A stretch of DNA of 64,000 bases from Takakia lepidozioides (taxonomy: Eukaryota; Plantae; Bryophyta): contig CM060733.1 of assembly GCA_030704615.1 (NCBI GenBank), positions 63,426,001 through 63,490,000 of the forward strand, read 5' to 3'. The notes below the pieces were generated by a model, which had not been told where the DNA came from, did not search any database, and worked only from the letters and a program-made list of their open reading frames with translations. Made by a program: the position numbers and the translations under genes. The stretch's first letter is position 1. Every line of letters begins with the position of its first letter. Shown one piece after another: positions 11,421 to 23,859 of this stretch.

Positions 11421-12009
11421 GCTTGGCTTGCGGTCCCAATACAATGGTACGCCCATCCTTTTCGGATAGTAGAACTGTACTGCTGCCAGTACCTCAGACT
11501 CTGGCCACAGAAAGGTCCGACATATGTCTTGCCTACCAGTAACCTGTTTTGCTCGAACTAAGATATTACTATATCGTTCACTTGCTTCCACGTGCATGTA
11601 TTTTTGTATGTTGGAGGGTTCATGTTTTTCTACTTTCCGAAAACTTGCTTTCCTCATTCGACCTCCGACAAGGAAATGCGGCGCCGCATTTCCAAGTATC
11701 GTCGTAGGTACTGGTAGAGGCGGCCTTCGCCAACACCAAACCGCTCCGAAATTTCGCACGTGCGAACCCTAATGTGGCACCTTATTTCCCAGTTCAGTTG
11801 CAAACCTTTCCCGCCGAATACCCGAAGAAGACAGAATTGTAAAGTACTGCAGACTGTATTGGTGCAGACTCCATTGGTTCAATCGCGGCAAAAGGGTCAG
11901 CTTCATTCCAATGTTAAGGCATGTAAAACCGCGGAATACTCTATACAGGCCAGTATGCGACATCCTTTTGCAGTGGTATACTGGATTTCCCGTTGCACGG
12001 TCACTTATT

Positions 12010-12278
12010 TCCATGAGCGGATCTAAAAAACCATGAGCGGACTTGTTACTGACGACATATCTTCGCCGCACTACATGATCTGGAACGTCCAAAAACGGCA
12101 AGGTCAAATAAAAAACTATTATTTTAATACTTGTTTAATTTGCCGCATTTCCAAATTTGGAGGAGTCCGCTCATGAAATCCGCGTATCTTAGACTTCGGC
12201 TCACCGCTCATGCGGCTCATGCGGCTCATGCGGCTCATGGCTCATGGCTCATGGTTTCTGCTCATGAAATAGTAAACC
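12010..12278. repeat. Probable right terminus and subterminal repeats of the MULE-like element
   Basis: Clustered CATGAGCGG / (CG)GCTCATG repeats in both orientations, ending ...GCTCATGAAATAGTAAACC where integrase coding sequence begins abruptly. Confidence 0.55.
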
Positions 12279-12802
12279 TCCAAGCATGTGCCCAGCGGGC
12301 AGAGTTGTTCAAGAGAGTCATGCCTATGGCTTTTGAGAACCTTGTTATTGCCCAACACCGAGACACATTGAGGTACGCCACAATACGTGGAGGGGGATAT
12401 CGGCTAGGTGTTCGGCGTTTCCACCCTCGAGACTATGTGTATCTGCAGCAGATAGCGCCTACGACTTTGGATGTCACAGCAGGGTGTGTGATTCTAAGGG
12501 TCCGGGAGATGTTGCCTTCAGGAGTGTTGATTCTGGAGGGTCGAGATGGCATGGTATGGAAGGACCATGTGCGCAATTGTGCGCCATGTCACCTTCCACA
12601 TGTGGATGGGAGGATAGATCCCAACCTTGTAGTGGTACCTGCAGGGTTGCGTTGCATGCTATGTGGGCATGCTGGTGGTGCCGCGACCATGTTGGTGTGT
12701 GACAAATGCTCAAGGGGGTGGTACATGGGATGCTTGACACCGCCACTTGAGGAGGTTCCTAGTGGAGAATGGTTGTGTCCACGATGCCTTGGACATAGGT
12801 AG
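12278..12802 (+). pseudogene. Gypsy integrase C-terminus with PHD finger (diverged relative of the DNMT/PHD family)
   Basis: ACAQRAELFKRVMPMAFENL...CMLC...MLVCDKCSRGWYMGCLTPPLEEVPSGEWLCPRC (C4HC3 PHD with H replaced by Y). Homologous to 57355-57880. Confidence 0.88.
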
Positions 12803-12804
12803 TG

Positions 12805-15800
12805 TGTCGCGGCCCTTTGCCTTGAGGGCAGGGGGTCGGGACGCAGAGGGGTTGCCCCTGTGATGGGGGCGGTGGCAGCAATAGGTACGGGGGGCTGAAG
12901 CAACCTTGAGTGCCCAAGGCACTCAAGGAGGCGGAGGCACTCACTAGGTGGAGCCCCGCACACCGGGTTGCGGTGGGGGTGGCTCCACAAGGGGTGGTGG
13001 TAGCTTAGTGGGACTTAGTGGGGGTGGCATGGGACTCACCATGGGGGCGGAGACCTTGTGGTGGGAGTCGTGGGGAGTATTGGGACTCATCACGGCCCAA
13101 TGAAAGTTTGTGCCCCTCAATGCGTCTTGGCTTGCCCGGACAAGATAAGGAATCTGAAGCAAACGGATGACATTCGGGGATATGTTCAGGCTTTCAATGT
13201 GTTGTTGCTCGAAGTCGCGGACATGGCAAAACCAGAAATGGTCTTCATCTTTGTGGCGGGACTGGCCCCATGGGCCAGACGGAAGTTGGAGGAGAAGCCA
13301 CCTAAGACTTTGAATGAGGCAATTGAGAGGGCTGAATGTTTCTCGGATGTCCCTAGGGGCGAAAGACAAGGCCGTACGGAGCTGAACCACAAGAAGGTCC
13401 GGCGGGAAGGTGACTCCTTCCGACCGGAAAAGAAGTGGGATAGGCCACGCGGCGACAATGGCACATGGAAATCGAAGGGAGGGCCCTCACACGTCAAGAT
13501 GACACCCGGTGCCCCGAAAGGAAAACCAGGTGCGGCGGCTTATGGCGGACAGAAGGTGACCTTCGATGGAGTGTGCTTTAATTGCGGGGAACCCGGGCAG
13601 CGAAACCCCGACAATTGAACATGACTCGGGCAACCACAGAGTTGTCCGAGGATTCCATTAGCCGCTTGGTAGAGGCAGTGGTTGCCAAGACTTGCAAGGT
13701 AGGCAACTACTCTTGTGAGTTGTATCAGGAAACTGGCGCCTTGCGTAAAGGTTGTGAGTGGGATAATCTCCGGAACTAACGTGTCGTTGTTGGTGGACAC
13801 AGGAGCGTTGCACTCCTTCATGACACTGGCAATGGCACGGAAGCTGAGACTCCCGACAAGTGATGTGGGGGCCTCTATTGAGGTGCGTTCTGCCAAAGGA
13901 GAACCACAATTGGCGACGAGGTTGGCGTTCGATGTTCCTCTTCAGCTGGGGAGTTGGGAGGGACGTGAGAACTTCACCATTTGCGAGATCGATGGAGTGG
14001 ATCTCATTTTGGGGATGACATTTTTTAGCAGATTTGGAGTGGTCATAGATGGCCGCAAGAGGGTAGTCACGCTACTGTGTGGGAATGGTGGTGAAGTTTT
14101 ACGAGTGTCGAAAACACCCAACCCCGTAGGAGGGCGAATAAACCTTCTGTCAGCGAGGGAGTGGGCCGTGGAGGAGTCACACGAGCCCCAGTTTTTGCTT
14201 TATGTAAGACAAGTGAAGGGAGAAGGCGATGGGGAGCCGAGCCCAGATTGGATCAAGGGGATTTTGGAGAAATACCAGGATGTGATGCCGGAGGATTTAC
14301 CAAGCGGCTTGCCACCGCGAAGAGGAGTTGATCACAAGATTGAGGTGATACCGGGATCGGAGCCGCCTGCCAAGGCGCTCTACCGGTTGAGCCACAGAGA
14401 GTTGGTTGAGCTGAAGACTCAGCTCAAGGATCTAATGTCAAAGGGGTACATCCGGCCGAGTAAGTCACATTACGGAGCCCCGGTGCTATTCGCAGACAAG
14501 AAGGATGGGACGCTGCGGATGTGTGTCGATTACAGGGCTCTAAATAAGGTGACTATCAAAAACCGGTACCCTTTGCCAAGGATCGACGACTTTTTTGATC
14601 GGTTGGCAGGAGTGAAGTATTTCAGCCGGATTGATTTGCGCTCCGGCTACCATCAAATTCGAGTGGCGGAAGGAGACAAGGAGAAGTCCGCGTGTAGGAC
14701 AAGGTATGGTTCGTATGAGTTCTTGGTGATGCCTTTTGGGCTCACCAACGCACCCGCGACCTTTAGCACGCTAATGAACAGCCTCTTCCAGGAGTGGTTG
14801 GACGACTTTGTGATCGTGTACATCGACGACATCTTTGTGTACTCGAAGACAAAGGAAGAGCACCTAGAGCACCTCAAAAGGGTGTTCCAGAAATTACGGG
14901 AATGGAAGCTATATGCCAAAGCTTCAAAGTGCAAATTCGGGGTCACAAAAGTGGAGTTCCTGGGGCATGTGATTACACAGGATGGGATAAAAATGGATGA
15001 CAGAAAGGTGAGGGCGATCTTGGATTGGGAGCCTCCGACTTCGGTCCCGGGAGTGCGATCCTTCCTAGGACTCGCCTCCTATTACCGGAAGTATGTGAGA
15101 AATTTCGCCAAGATCACGGGGCCGCTGTCAGACCTCCTGTGTAAATCCAAAGTCTGGGTATGGAACACCTTTTGTGGCCAAGCTTTTGCCGAGTTGAAGC
15201 AGCGGATGGCGGAAGCTCCAGTCCTCAAAATTCCGGAGTTCGACCGTCCATTTGAGATCCATACAGATGTGTCGGACTTCGCAATTGGGGGTGTACTCAT
15301 GCAGGATGGACGTCCAGTGGCTTACAAAAATAAGAAACTGAATGAAGTGGAGCGACGGTGGCCTACGCACGAGAAAGAAATGAAGGCGGTGGTGCATTGC
15401 CTTGAGCTTTGGCGCCACTATATTGGTTCCAACCCGGTGAAGGTGTTCACGGACAATGTCACGGTGAAGTATTTTGCCACGCAGCCTAAGTTGTCCCCAA
15501 AACAAATTAGGTGGCAAGACACTTTGGCACTGTTTGACGTGGATATCCAGTACAAACCAGGACGGGACAATGTGGTGGCCGATGCTTTAAGTAGAAAGCA
15601 ACAGTTCATGATGGTGTACAGGGGCGAGACGGCGCTCCAAAGGAAGATCCGGAAGGCTTACCGAAAGGATGAGATGGCAAAGTCCGTGATGTGGGACTTG
15701 AGGATGGGGGTTAAATCGCAGTTCCACTTACAAAATGGACTGCTCCGGTACAAGCAAAAGCGTCTCTACGTGCTGAAGGGAGGGATCAGAGATAGTCTTT

Positions 15801-16482
15801 TAAGATAATGCCATGATGGTCCACTTGCGGGCCACGGCGGAGCCAAGCGCACCGCGGCACTCTTGAAGAAAGAGTATTTCTGGCCCAAACTGAGGGAGGA
15901 GGCTGAGGAGTATGTCAAGACATGCACCACATGCCAACAAAACCGGAGCGAGTACAAAAAGCAAGCGGGGCTGTTACAACCCTTGCCGATTCCAGAGGGG
16001 TCTTGGGAAAGTGTCTCGATGGATTTCATGACTGCTATGCCGCTGTCAAAAGGATTCGATGCAATCATGGTGGTGGTGGATAGGTTCAGTAAAATGGGCC
16101 ATTTCATTCCTACCAAGGAGACAGCAACGGCACAGGAGATGGGGCGACTTTACTTCGCCCACGTCTTCAAGCATCATGGACTCCCAAAGGATATTGTCTC
16201 GGACCGCGATCCAAGTTTACGAGTAAATTTTGGAGGGCACTTTGGAAGAAGATGGGGACGAGGCTCAAGATGAGCACCGCCTTCCGACCTACGACGGACG
16301 GCCAAACGGAAAGGGTGAATTCTGTGGTGAAGCAGATCTTGCGGAATTACGTGTCGGCGGATCAATCGGACTGGGTGGAGCACTTGGATGCGGCAGAACT
16401 CTGTTATAATAACACAAAACACTCCGCAACGGGAGTTTCCCCCTTCGTATTGGTCTATGGAAAAGCACCTTTGGTGCCGACA
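12805..16482 (+). mobile_element. Internally deleted, 3'-truncated Galadriel-like chromovirus (same family as 33957-40901)
   Basis: About 290 bp of 5' LTR fused directly to mid-gag, so the PBS is lost. PR LVDTGA, RT YIDD, RH, and IN to VPT. Homology to the other copy stops at 16482. No TSD. Confidence 0.92.
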
Positions 16483-18234
16483 GCAGATTCCTTTGCCGAC
16501 TTTGGCCCAGCAGGGACACGTCTTTCCTTTCTCTTCTCTTCTGCCAAGGCGTGCAGATCTTTCTCAGACTCGTCAACAATACCGCCAGACATGTCCAGGT
16601 ACCACGGGCATCCAACGAGATGCGCGGGATGCCATTGTTTCTGCATCTCGGGTGTGTAGACACAGCTTGGGCCCGCCACGGTCCAAGCCATGAAGAACGG
16701 GGGCTCTTGAGCCAGGGCCCCTGTCTGAAGGAGCACGTATTTCATATACCTGCAAGGCAGTCAGCATGCGTGAGCAAAAGTTGAGACCAACCTACTGGCA
16801 GAGTGCCACCGAAAACATAAAATGCGAATGCGGTGCCGCATTTCCGAGACAAACCTCGTAACCAGGCTTCGCATACAAGGGCAGCTGTGCTTCACCTGTA
16901 AACAATTCGCATTGCAGCTTTCCCCGCTCCCTCCTGATGTGTAAACTCCACGCTCCTTCTTGCTGTCTGTAGCTCTCTGGCGAAAAGGTTGTCCTTGTAC
17001 GCACATCTGAAACGTGTCACGTAGTCTTCCAATGTCTGTGTTCCATCCCATTTGACGTACAAGCCGAACAAATTTGTGTGCATTACGACTTGCTCCTTCG
17101 CATTCGACATTACCTGCCATTCCCAAATCCATTGTCACGTAGCAGTTCAGGGAATTCATGTCAGAAAAGCAAATCTGGGGAAGTACCTTGAATTACCTGG
17201 AACCACCAAGTCATACGGTTGAGCCACACATCCACTGCAGGGTCGGAAACTTCGAGTGGAAAAGACCACATTGTCCTTATGCTCTCGGATGCATTCCAGA
17301 TCGACAGCCACCGTGTCTGCCATTTCCGATCCAATGTCAGGAGCTGGAAGAGAGTGGCTATTGCTAGGAAGGAACTTCAGTGCATTGAAACCTCACCTTC
17401 TCTTTCGCCTCCACACATGCCGTTGAGAGGTGATGCAGTTTCTCCAATTGCATGGTCGGCTGCATGGCCCGAGAATAGTGTTTTGCAATCTCGGGGATGA
17501 AGTCCTGTGCCGGATCTGCAATTGCCACCAGCTTCACAAGCTTTGACTTGTATTTGGTTCTGGACTTGACACCGGCTTCCTTCAAGTGCTCAGTCAATGA
17601 CTGCAACGTTTTGACCTGCCCCTCACTTTCCATGAAGAAGCGTTTGGCATGGGCCAAATCCAGCTTGATGTTTGACTGCCAACAAAAACATGCAGAAGCG
17701 TTACATTCGATTCATGTGGAAACATTACTGAAAATTGGGGAAGGATGAGCGGAGGGAAATTGGAGCACGACTTACTTCGTATATCACCTCCGCCATTCCA
17801 TCCATAGTGAGACGATACCATGTCCGGTCTGTTTTTGCAACGGCTTTCTGAATGAGCTCGGGCTCCAGCATTTCCGCAAACATCTGCGGATCAGTGAGAC
17901 CAATTTTCCTCACCCTGTACAGCATGTGTGCCATGTGGGTATGCACGTACGCATTCTCAGTGACCCTGCAAGGCACACTCTCCAGTTCAGTACACGGAAG
18001 CACGGAAACAAACCAGAATGGAAACCGAAATGCGGCACCGCATTTCGAACGTGCTAGGGAGGGTATGAGTATCTTACGAGTTGAGGTCCGCCATGGCATT
18101 CTTGAGCAGGGAGGAGTCTGCCGCCTTCACCTTGAGGATGACACACTCCACCATGTAATGCCAGCCAATGTGCTTGGCATGGTTCTGCTTGATGTACTCC
18201 CACCAGGCGAGAAGTCGGTGATTCCCGTCCCACA
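16483..18234 (-). pseudogene. Multi-exon gene with ParB/Srx-like WDGNHRLLAW motif (copy 1), 5' part removed at the DNMT-Gypsy insertion
   Basis: Minus strand from 18234 reads VWDGNHRLLAWWEYIKQNH...LLKNAMADLNS|gtaag. Later exons include YVHTHMAHMLYRVRKIG and TRWLSIWNASES...MTWWFQ, bounded by GT-AG introns. Confidence 0.7.
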
Positions 18235-18561
18235 TGTCAAGTTATTTTACCACTAGTGTGAAACTAGCTAGGAAATAGCTAGCTTTTACATATTGACATT
18301 TGGGATTGGCCCAAGTGTCAATCCAGGGGTCAAGGCAGATTTAGGCCCTGGAGTTGTTATCTTCACGGCAAGCGCGGGAGGCTCATCTTTCTCGAGTTGA
18401 GCCTCACCGCGCCTAGCTATGGCGCCGTAGTGTGGATTCCCCATGGCATGGGGTGCACTTGGCTTGACTTGTATGTGAGTGATGAGGTTATATATGCATG
18501 AGTTTATGCTTCAGCTTTGTGAGCTCGCATGAGCTTGTGCTTGTATTCTTCCTCTTTATCA
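18235..18561 (+). repeat. Terminal repeat A1 (TGTCAAG...TTTATCA, 327 bp)
   Basis: Same length as, and near-identical to, the reverse complement of 56600-56926. Confidence 0.92.
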
Positions 18562-19229
18562 CTCGAGAAAGATGAGCTCGTATCTATGAGTGCTAGATAC
18601 GAGTTAGTTGTAGCACTTGTGGTTTTTGCTTGAGAATGAGAGAAACCAAGTTGTTATGCAAGGAGCACCGTGGAGCTCTTGGTTGTTAGAAGCGGAGGCG
18701 ATGTGGGTTACGAGGTGGTAAACCTTGGCATTCGATCTTCAGCTTCAGAGATGAAAGCACCATACTGTAGGTAATTCCAGAGCACCTTGATGGTTTCAGA
18801 TTGTGTACATGCATGAGCAAGCACGATTGGGAAGAGGACCAGTCAAGAGCAGGTTATAGTGGCTTTGGTGGCAAAGCTGAGAACTGGACTTGGGAATGCG
18901 AGCTGTCATTGTGTGAAGGATTGCAAGACCAAGCGAAAGGGCTGATTTGGCTTGGGGCAAATCAGTGCACTTTGTGGAGTATGGTGAGATTGGGTTTCAA
19001 TCTCGAGCTTCAGCATTGAGAGGGCTCTTGTCATGGCGAGAGCAGGGCTGGAACAGGAGCTAAGAGGTGCGGCAAGGCCATGGAATGTGCACCTAGGGTT
19101 ACAGAGCTTGGAAGAAGAGCTCTTGCACCACAAGATAAGTGTCTTGTGGCTGGAAATGTAAGCCTTAGGGTTTCAGGAGCTTGGCAAAGGCTATGGAGTG
19201 CTTAGTCTTGTCTTAGAGAGCATCAAGGA

Positions 19230-19760
19230 GCCAAGGAGCCAAGATAGGGGCTGATATCTCTTGTGTGAAGAGGTTGCATGTGTGGAGCATGTATTCAGCT
19301 CATTGAAGCTTCCATCTTCAAGCTTGGAGGGCAAGCAAGGAAGAGGGAAGGGCTGACTTCCCTTATGTGAGGGCAATGCATGTGTGGAGCATGCTATCAG
19401 CCTGGTGAAGGCTTGCACTTTCAGGTGTGAGAGTGCAAGAAAGGAAGGAAGGGGCTGGTTTCCCTGTAGGGCATGTGGAGCATGCTTTCAGCATGCTGAA
19501 GCTTGTATTTTCAGGTTTGTGGGTGCAAGAAATGAAGCAAAGGAGCTGATTCTTTTATGGTGAGAGTGGGGCATGTGTGGAGCATGCCTTCAGCCCATTG
19601 AGGCTCTTGTTTTCAAGCTTTAGAGAGCTAGAACGGAAGGTCTAGGGCTGGTTTCCACTTGGAGTGAAAGAAAAGCACTTGTAGGGCCTATGTGAGTTGG
19701 GGTTTCAACTTCAAGCTTGAAGGGAGCGCAACTCTTGAAGCAGCAGGTGTAGGGGGCTGG
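19230..19760. repeat. Degenerate ~100-bp tandem repeat in the element leader
   Basis: GCATGTGTGGAGCATG core recurs at ~19277, 19377, 19471 and 19571. Confidence 0.7.
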
Positions 19761-20094
19761 AAGAGGCTCTAAGACAGATGCTATGGCCAAGGAGAGTGCT
19801 TGAATGAGTGTTCACAAGGGCTGGGAACCAGCAGGGCTTGGTTGTTTGCCATTGAGTTTAGTGGCGTGTTTGGGTAGGCTAAGTGAGAAAGAAGGCTTGG
19901 TTTGTGGCAACCACCTCATGGCTTAGGGCTACTATGGTGGTGTGTGGGAGCCGAAAGAGCAAGGATACCTTGCTGATTTCCTCACAGCCACCATAGCTCG
20001 GTGGAAAGAAGCCTAGAGTCCAAGAGACACAAACCCTAGCTTGGCGTGGCTAAACCCCTTGGAGAAATGGCTAAACTGCCAGAGCGGCCATGTG

Positions 20095-21030
20095 TGGGGC
20101 TGTGACAGGCTGTGGCAAGCTGTGACGGGCTGTGTCAGGCTGTGGCGAGCTGTGACGGGCTGTGACGGGCTGTGACAGGCTGTGATGGGCTGTGACAGGC
20201 TGTGCCCTGTGCCTTGTGGGGCTGTGACGGGCTGTGTCAGGCTGTGACAGGCTGTGCCCAGTGGCCTTTTGGGGCTGTGACAGGCTGTGCCCTGAGGCCT
20301 GTGGGGCTGTGACGGGCTGTGACAGGCTGTGCCCATGGCCTTTGGGGCTGTGATGGGCTGTGAGGGGCTGTGACAGGCCGTGCCTGAGGCCTTTGAGGCT
20401 GTGATGGGCTGTGATGGGCTGTGACAGGCTGTGCCCTGTGCCCTGTGGGCTGTGCGGGGCTGTGACAGGCTGTGCCCTGAGGCCTGTGGGGCTGTGACGG
20501 GCTGTGACAGGCTGTGCCTGAGGCCTTTGGGGCTGTGATGGGCTGTGACAGGCCGTGCCTGAGGCCTTTGAGGCTGTGACAGGCCGTGCCCATGGCCTTT
20601 GGGGCTGTGACGGGCTGTGCGGGGCTGTGACAGGCCGTGCCTGAGGCCTTTGAGGCTGTGACGGGCTGTGAGGGGCTGTGACAGGCCGTGCCCATGGCCT
20701 TTGGGGCTGTGACGGGCTGTGAGGGGCTGTGACAGGCCGTGCCTGAGGCCTTTGAGGCTGTGACGGGCTGTGAGGGGCTGTGACAGGCCGTGCCTGAGGC
20801 CTTTGGGGCTGTGATGGGCTGTGACAGGCCGTGCCCATGGCCTTTGGGCTGTGACGGGCTGTGAGGGGCTGTGCAGGCCGCGCCTGAGGCCTTTGGGCTG
20901 TGACGGGCTGTGAGGGGCTGTGACAGGCTGTGCCTGAGGCCTTTGAGGCTGTGACGAGCTGTGAGGGGCTGTGACAGGCTGTGCCCAGTGGCCTGTGGGA
21001 CTGTGACGGCTGTGACCAGTGAGCTGTGTG
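20095..21030. repeat. GGCTGTGAC(A/G) 10-bp minisatellite with ~53-bp higher-order unit
   Basis: Directly visible array of about 0.9 kb. Confidence 0.95.
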
Positions 21031-21303
21031 GGCCTGTGCTGGTCTGTGGTGGCCCATGTTGACCTGTGGATGGCCTGTGCTGACTCGTGGAGGCACTGGT
21101 GGACTAAGGACTGGCATGTGGACTGGAAGGCCGAATTTTGAAGCTCGTGGAGGGCGGTTTGAGGAGTATCTTCATGATATCCCATGGTCATGCAAGTTCA
21201 GGTGTAGGCTATGTTAGGAACTTAGTATTCCAAACCATAAGCCGCAACAGGTTCTCTACCCGTTACCTTGTGGAGAGGGGGTTAGGGACATGTTCATGAC
21301 CGG

Positions 21304-23859
21304 TTGAGTGTCAACACGGAGGTGCCACTAGTTGCTGGGGACAGTGCCGGTTCGAGCACTAGCAATACTAGTGGGTACACGAGACGAGGTGTGCGGTTTA
21401 GGCCACCTTCACCTCCTGTGTCTTCCACGGAAGGTTCTGATTCAGATTGTGAATCGGGAGGGCTCATACCGGCGGTGCAAGTTGTTTCTTTGCCATTATT
21501 GTGGGACACAATGGAGGAGATGTATGGAGCTACCAAGGGGCCACGAAGGTACTCTGGGGCGGTGGGCACCATTGAGTTGGATGATTTTATCCAAGAGTTT
21601 GATAGTTGGTGTGATTTGCAGCAAATGCGCAATCCACAACTATTTACGCCGTTCATGGCATGGAAAGGGCTGTTTCAGCACCTTGAGGGACCGCCTATGG
21701 ATGATTACCATGAGTTCAGGGGGGGCATGAGGTTGAGATGAGGAGTGGAGGATGTACTGGTCACCCGACTATGTCTCCATCACTAGGGGCACTAGAGCCA
21801 CGAGGGCAGTGGCTACACCTGCCGCTGCACCGGCAGCTTCAGCAAGCAGCAGTGGGACTGGTGGTACAGTAGCTACGACGTCCACCCAAGCCACTACCGC
21901 ACCAGCACTAGCACCGTGCCTGCCTTCAACCCTGTTGTGGAGTTCTTCGAAGAGTTGAGAGGGAACTACCAAGGGGTGAGGACAGAGAAGTTGCGGAGCT
22001 TGCAAGAGTTCCAACGGAAGCCGACCGAGAGCTTGAGGGAGGCTTTCACTCGCATGAGGCGCTTGATAAATGTAACCCAGGGGTTACGGAAGCTCAGGCA
22101 GTCCAATTCTGGTATGGGATATTGGACAAGGAGCTGAGGAGAAGGGTGCGGGATGCAACTCTCCTACAAGCGGCCCAACCCACCTTAGCAAATGTGTTTT
22201 TGCTGGCAGAGCGGATAGAGCTCAACATGGTGGAGGAACGAGTGGTCATGGTGGGATTTGCTAAGGAGACACCACGGGGTAGTGGTGCTCCTAGCCAACC
22301 ACTACCTCAACGTGCTCAAGGCAACAAGGGGGCTCAGGTGAAGCTCAGGGAAGGGCAGAGAGGACCTCAAATGCAGGGGTCTCTCCCTTCATTTGCTGGC
22401 CAACAACGGGCGGATGTGGTGTGCTGGACATGTGGAGGACCCCATGTCAAGAAGGATTGCCCAGAGGGAGGCAAAGGGTCGGCACATGCACAGCCTGCAC
22501 AGTTGCAGTGTGGGCATTGTGGCAAGCACGGGCATGGAGAGGCCCAGTGTTATGTTTTGCATCCTGAGTTGCGCCCAGGCCAGTTCCAAGGGAACAATGG
22601 TGGCCGGGGGCGAGGTGGAGCAGCCCAGAGAGGACGAGGTGGCCAGCCACGAGGTGCAGGCCAAGGGCAAGCTCAACGTGGCCAAGGACGCGGAGGTCAG
22701 GGTGTTGACCAAGGCATGGCCAACCGGCTTCAGCAGCTAGAGCAGAGGCTCGCTGCCATGGCTACAGCTCAGGTGGTACCGGCTCTAAGGCCGGATGGTC
22801 CACCTCCTGCTCCTGAGGGAGGAGATATGGGAGGCATGGGATTCATGTGTGGAGCAGCACTACCACTAGTGCAGGTGGAGTCTGCTGCAGCCGTGACTCG
22901 AGGAGCAGCACGAGTTCCTGAGCCACGAGGTGCAGAGGTGGAGTTGGATCCACAGCGTGGGGAGGCAAGCCGTCAGGCTAGGCTTCCTCAGTCATTCACA
23001 TTGGCGGAGACAGTGTCGACGCCACCATGGCACCTAGTTCTCGCCCGACTATTACCGAGGCGGAGGTTACTATGCCATTGGGGAGAGCTACACGGGTAGC
23101 ACCACTACCTAGTGTTGCCAAGGCTACGGCAGCTAGTGTGCTGCTAGGAGCGGCCACATCTGTGTGCCAGGCTCCATTGTTCTCGGCTACCATGATTGCG
23201 ACGCCGGGGGTAAGACCAGCTGAGGTGTTCAGGCTGGCAGCTACACTCTGTGAGAGTGGGGAGTTACTTCATCTTCTGCGGAGATAGTGGGAGGTGTAGT
23301 GCCGGAGGGATCCTCGGATTTGAGGGTCAAGACTGCCACGGCGGCGCCATGGCAAGCTGCAGCTGCCAGGTTGATGGAGCTGCCAGCTAGGCCAGCCATT
23401 GAGCGCGCCATGGTGACACCTGGAGTTGTCATGTTAGACAACCAGGATGGCATTTTCTGTTTGAGTGGACCGGCAGGCAAGAGGTACCGGCCACTGCGAG
23501 TCTTGTTGGACTCGGGAGCTCAGCCATTGATGCTGGGCAGAGCTGCTATTGCAGGCTTGGGCCTCACGGAGGCGGATATGGAGCCTTGTCCTTTCCAGAT
23601 ACAGACGTCTCTGGGAGGATCGGAGCAGGCTCGGGGCATGACACGGCATGAGTTGGCTATCAGACTACGGCCGGATCACCCTACAGATGGCTCAGTGATG
23701 CGAGCCAAGGCCATTGTGACAGACGCAGTCTCATACGATGTCCTGGTTGGTGGGGCAGTGTTGTACCCCATGGGCTTCACCCTGGATTTTTGGGAGGAGT
23801 CAGCTTCCTATAGGCCTGCATGGCAGTCAGGGGAGGGCCGGCGTGTGCAGCTCCTGTGA
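21304..23859 (+). pseudogene. Gag and aspartic protease (frameshifted)
   Basis: FQRKPTESLREAFTRMRRL gag-like segment, zinc knuckles CWTCGGPHVKKDC and CGHCGKHGHGEAQC, protease VLLDSGA...DVLVG. Confidence 0.85.

Noticed and set aside
11420-18234. MULE transposase and ParB-motif gene as a convergent mudrA/mudrB-like pair in one element
   Set aside because: An apparent element end at ~12278 and unrelated retroelement DNA separate them, so physical linkage is not shown here.
20013-21191. Long minus-strand ORFs (392 and 348 aa)
   Set aside because: They are open only because the GGCTGTGAC minisatellite lacks stop codons.
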